From Polymyxa betae A26-41 (Eukaryota; Protista; Endomyxa: Phytomyxea): a DNA stretch of 62,405 nucleotides. A program made the position numbers and the translations under genes. This document shows positions 61,267 to 62,405 of the stretch, piece by piece. Under the pieces are notes generated by a model, which worked only from the letters and a program-made list of their open reading frames with translations, did not search any database and was not told the DNA's origin. The DNA lies in NCBI GenBank assembly GCA_003693705.1, contig RBZT01000102.1:1-62405 (forward strand), written 5' to 3'. Position 1 is the stretch's first letter, and each line of letters starts with the position of its first letter.

Positions 61267-62405
61267 ATGTCGTGGACAACGACTTGTCCGATTGAGTCGT
61301 GGGGCAAGACGTTTGCCAAACGGTTTAACCTCGATCGGCATCTTGAAACGGTTCATTCAGTGTCGCAAGAGAAATTCATCTGCACCCTGTGCAGCAAAGC
61401 TATGAAGAATAAGGTTTCGTTAAATAGGCATCGTTCTCGATGTCTTGCTACTGATGCAAGATTGCAAGTGGCGAAATTCAGTTGCCCATTTTGCGAAGAA
61501 ATGATCTCAACATTCATTTTGCTGCAAAACCACATTCTCCAGGTTTGAATCAACGACAGTGACAACGGTTTAATCACGGCAATGTAATCATTATCATACA
61601 GGAACATCCTGAATCTCCTATTGAAGAAGAGTGCCATCATTTTCCTGATCATGATTCCTTCAAAGAGTGGAAGGACTCTTTGCTTGATCGCTTCAACGCG
61701 CAATATGCCTCGTTGAATTCCAGATTCGTCAAAGAAGCAGGGAAATTCTACCAGACGTTCGTCTGCAGGCGATCATGTGAGACTTCTTCTGAACAAAAAC
61801 AGTACACTCTCGGAGATAAATCCAATAATAACGCACGACCTTCTCGAAGCAAAGCATCATGTAAATTAGATCAAGCTTGCTCTTCTCGCATATTCGCCCT
61901 TACGCTCCCGGATGGCCGAGTGTCTGCTCGTTACATTCAGATGCATACAGGTCATTATCCGACAAACGCTGAAGAGCTCCAGCATCTTCGCCTCTCGGCC
62001 TTTATTCGGCGAAAGATAACCATGCAGCTCTTGAACAAGGTCGAGGAACGATCGATTGTCCGCTCAATCAATCGTTCCTTAAGAAGCAGGGACGACCGAG
62101 ATGATAATTTATTGGTAATGGGTTTGAATCTCTGGGCTAAATTTGATTTTTAAGCAGCAGTCTAACCGTAACGACTGGATCACTGTCAAAGATGTTAGGA
62201 ATTTGCAAGCTCGTCTGCAAGGCCGGGGAAATGATGCCATTCGTACTGATATCTATATCATGGCTTTACAAGAGGAATGTTATAATCCGGTGCTCTGCTA
62301 CAAGCGTAAACTTCCAATGGTTGTTTTTGGATCTCTCTAACGTAAGTTCAGCTGCTGGTGTCACTGATACGACAGATTTTGGTTTCAGCCAACAGGAATT
62401 CTTTT
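61267..62405 (+). CDS. C2H2-zinc-finger MULE-type transposase, spliced, runs off window end
   Basis: Three C2H2 fingers, then FVCRRS..SCK...CSSRI...HTGH (WRKY/GCM1-like), HLRLS, WIT.KDVRN, NPVLCYK. GT-AG introns 61543-61601 and 62115-62157 join the ORFs in frame. Confidence 0.75.

Overview
Eukaryotic, gene-poor 'transposon graveyard'. It has short GT-AG introns, no clear housekeeping gene and no RIP-like signature, and looks protist/oomycete/fungal-like; the host cannot be named from the sequence. Almost everything is nested, mostly degraded mobile DNA. DNA transposons: at least six PIF/Harbinger-superfamily elements with different accessory proteins, three Mutator (MULE) pieces, a CACTA with an internal minisatellite, a pogo remnant and a CCC..GGG element with a TTAG duplication. 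Retroelements: several Copia elements (one with an inverted interior), a full-length Gypsy, two further Gypsy fragments and a LINE RT fragment. Tyrosine-recombinase elements: three unrelated ones (CryptonF-like, CryptonS-like and a DIRS/Ngaro-type with an intact recombinase ORF). There are also decayed P-loop NTPase (CRN/RHS-like) genes. Most notable: (1) a non-chromovirus-looking Gypsy whose primer-binding site is complementary to its own LTR (Tf1-style self-priming), with a PHD-finger remnant after integrase; (2) a GCGCAGCC motif near the U3 end of LTRs from five unrelated families; (3) a piggyBac-like element with a TTAG target; (4) telomere-like motifs inside predicted introns. All family calls come from motif recognition by eye, not database searches, and pseudogene boundaries are approximate.
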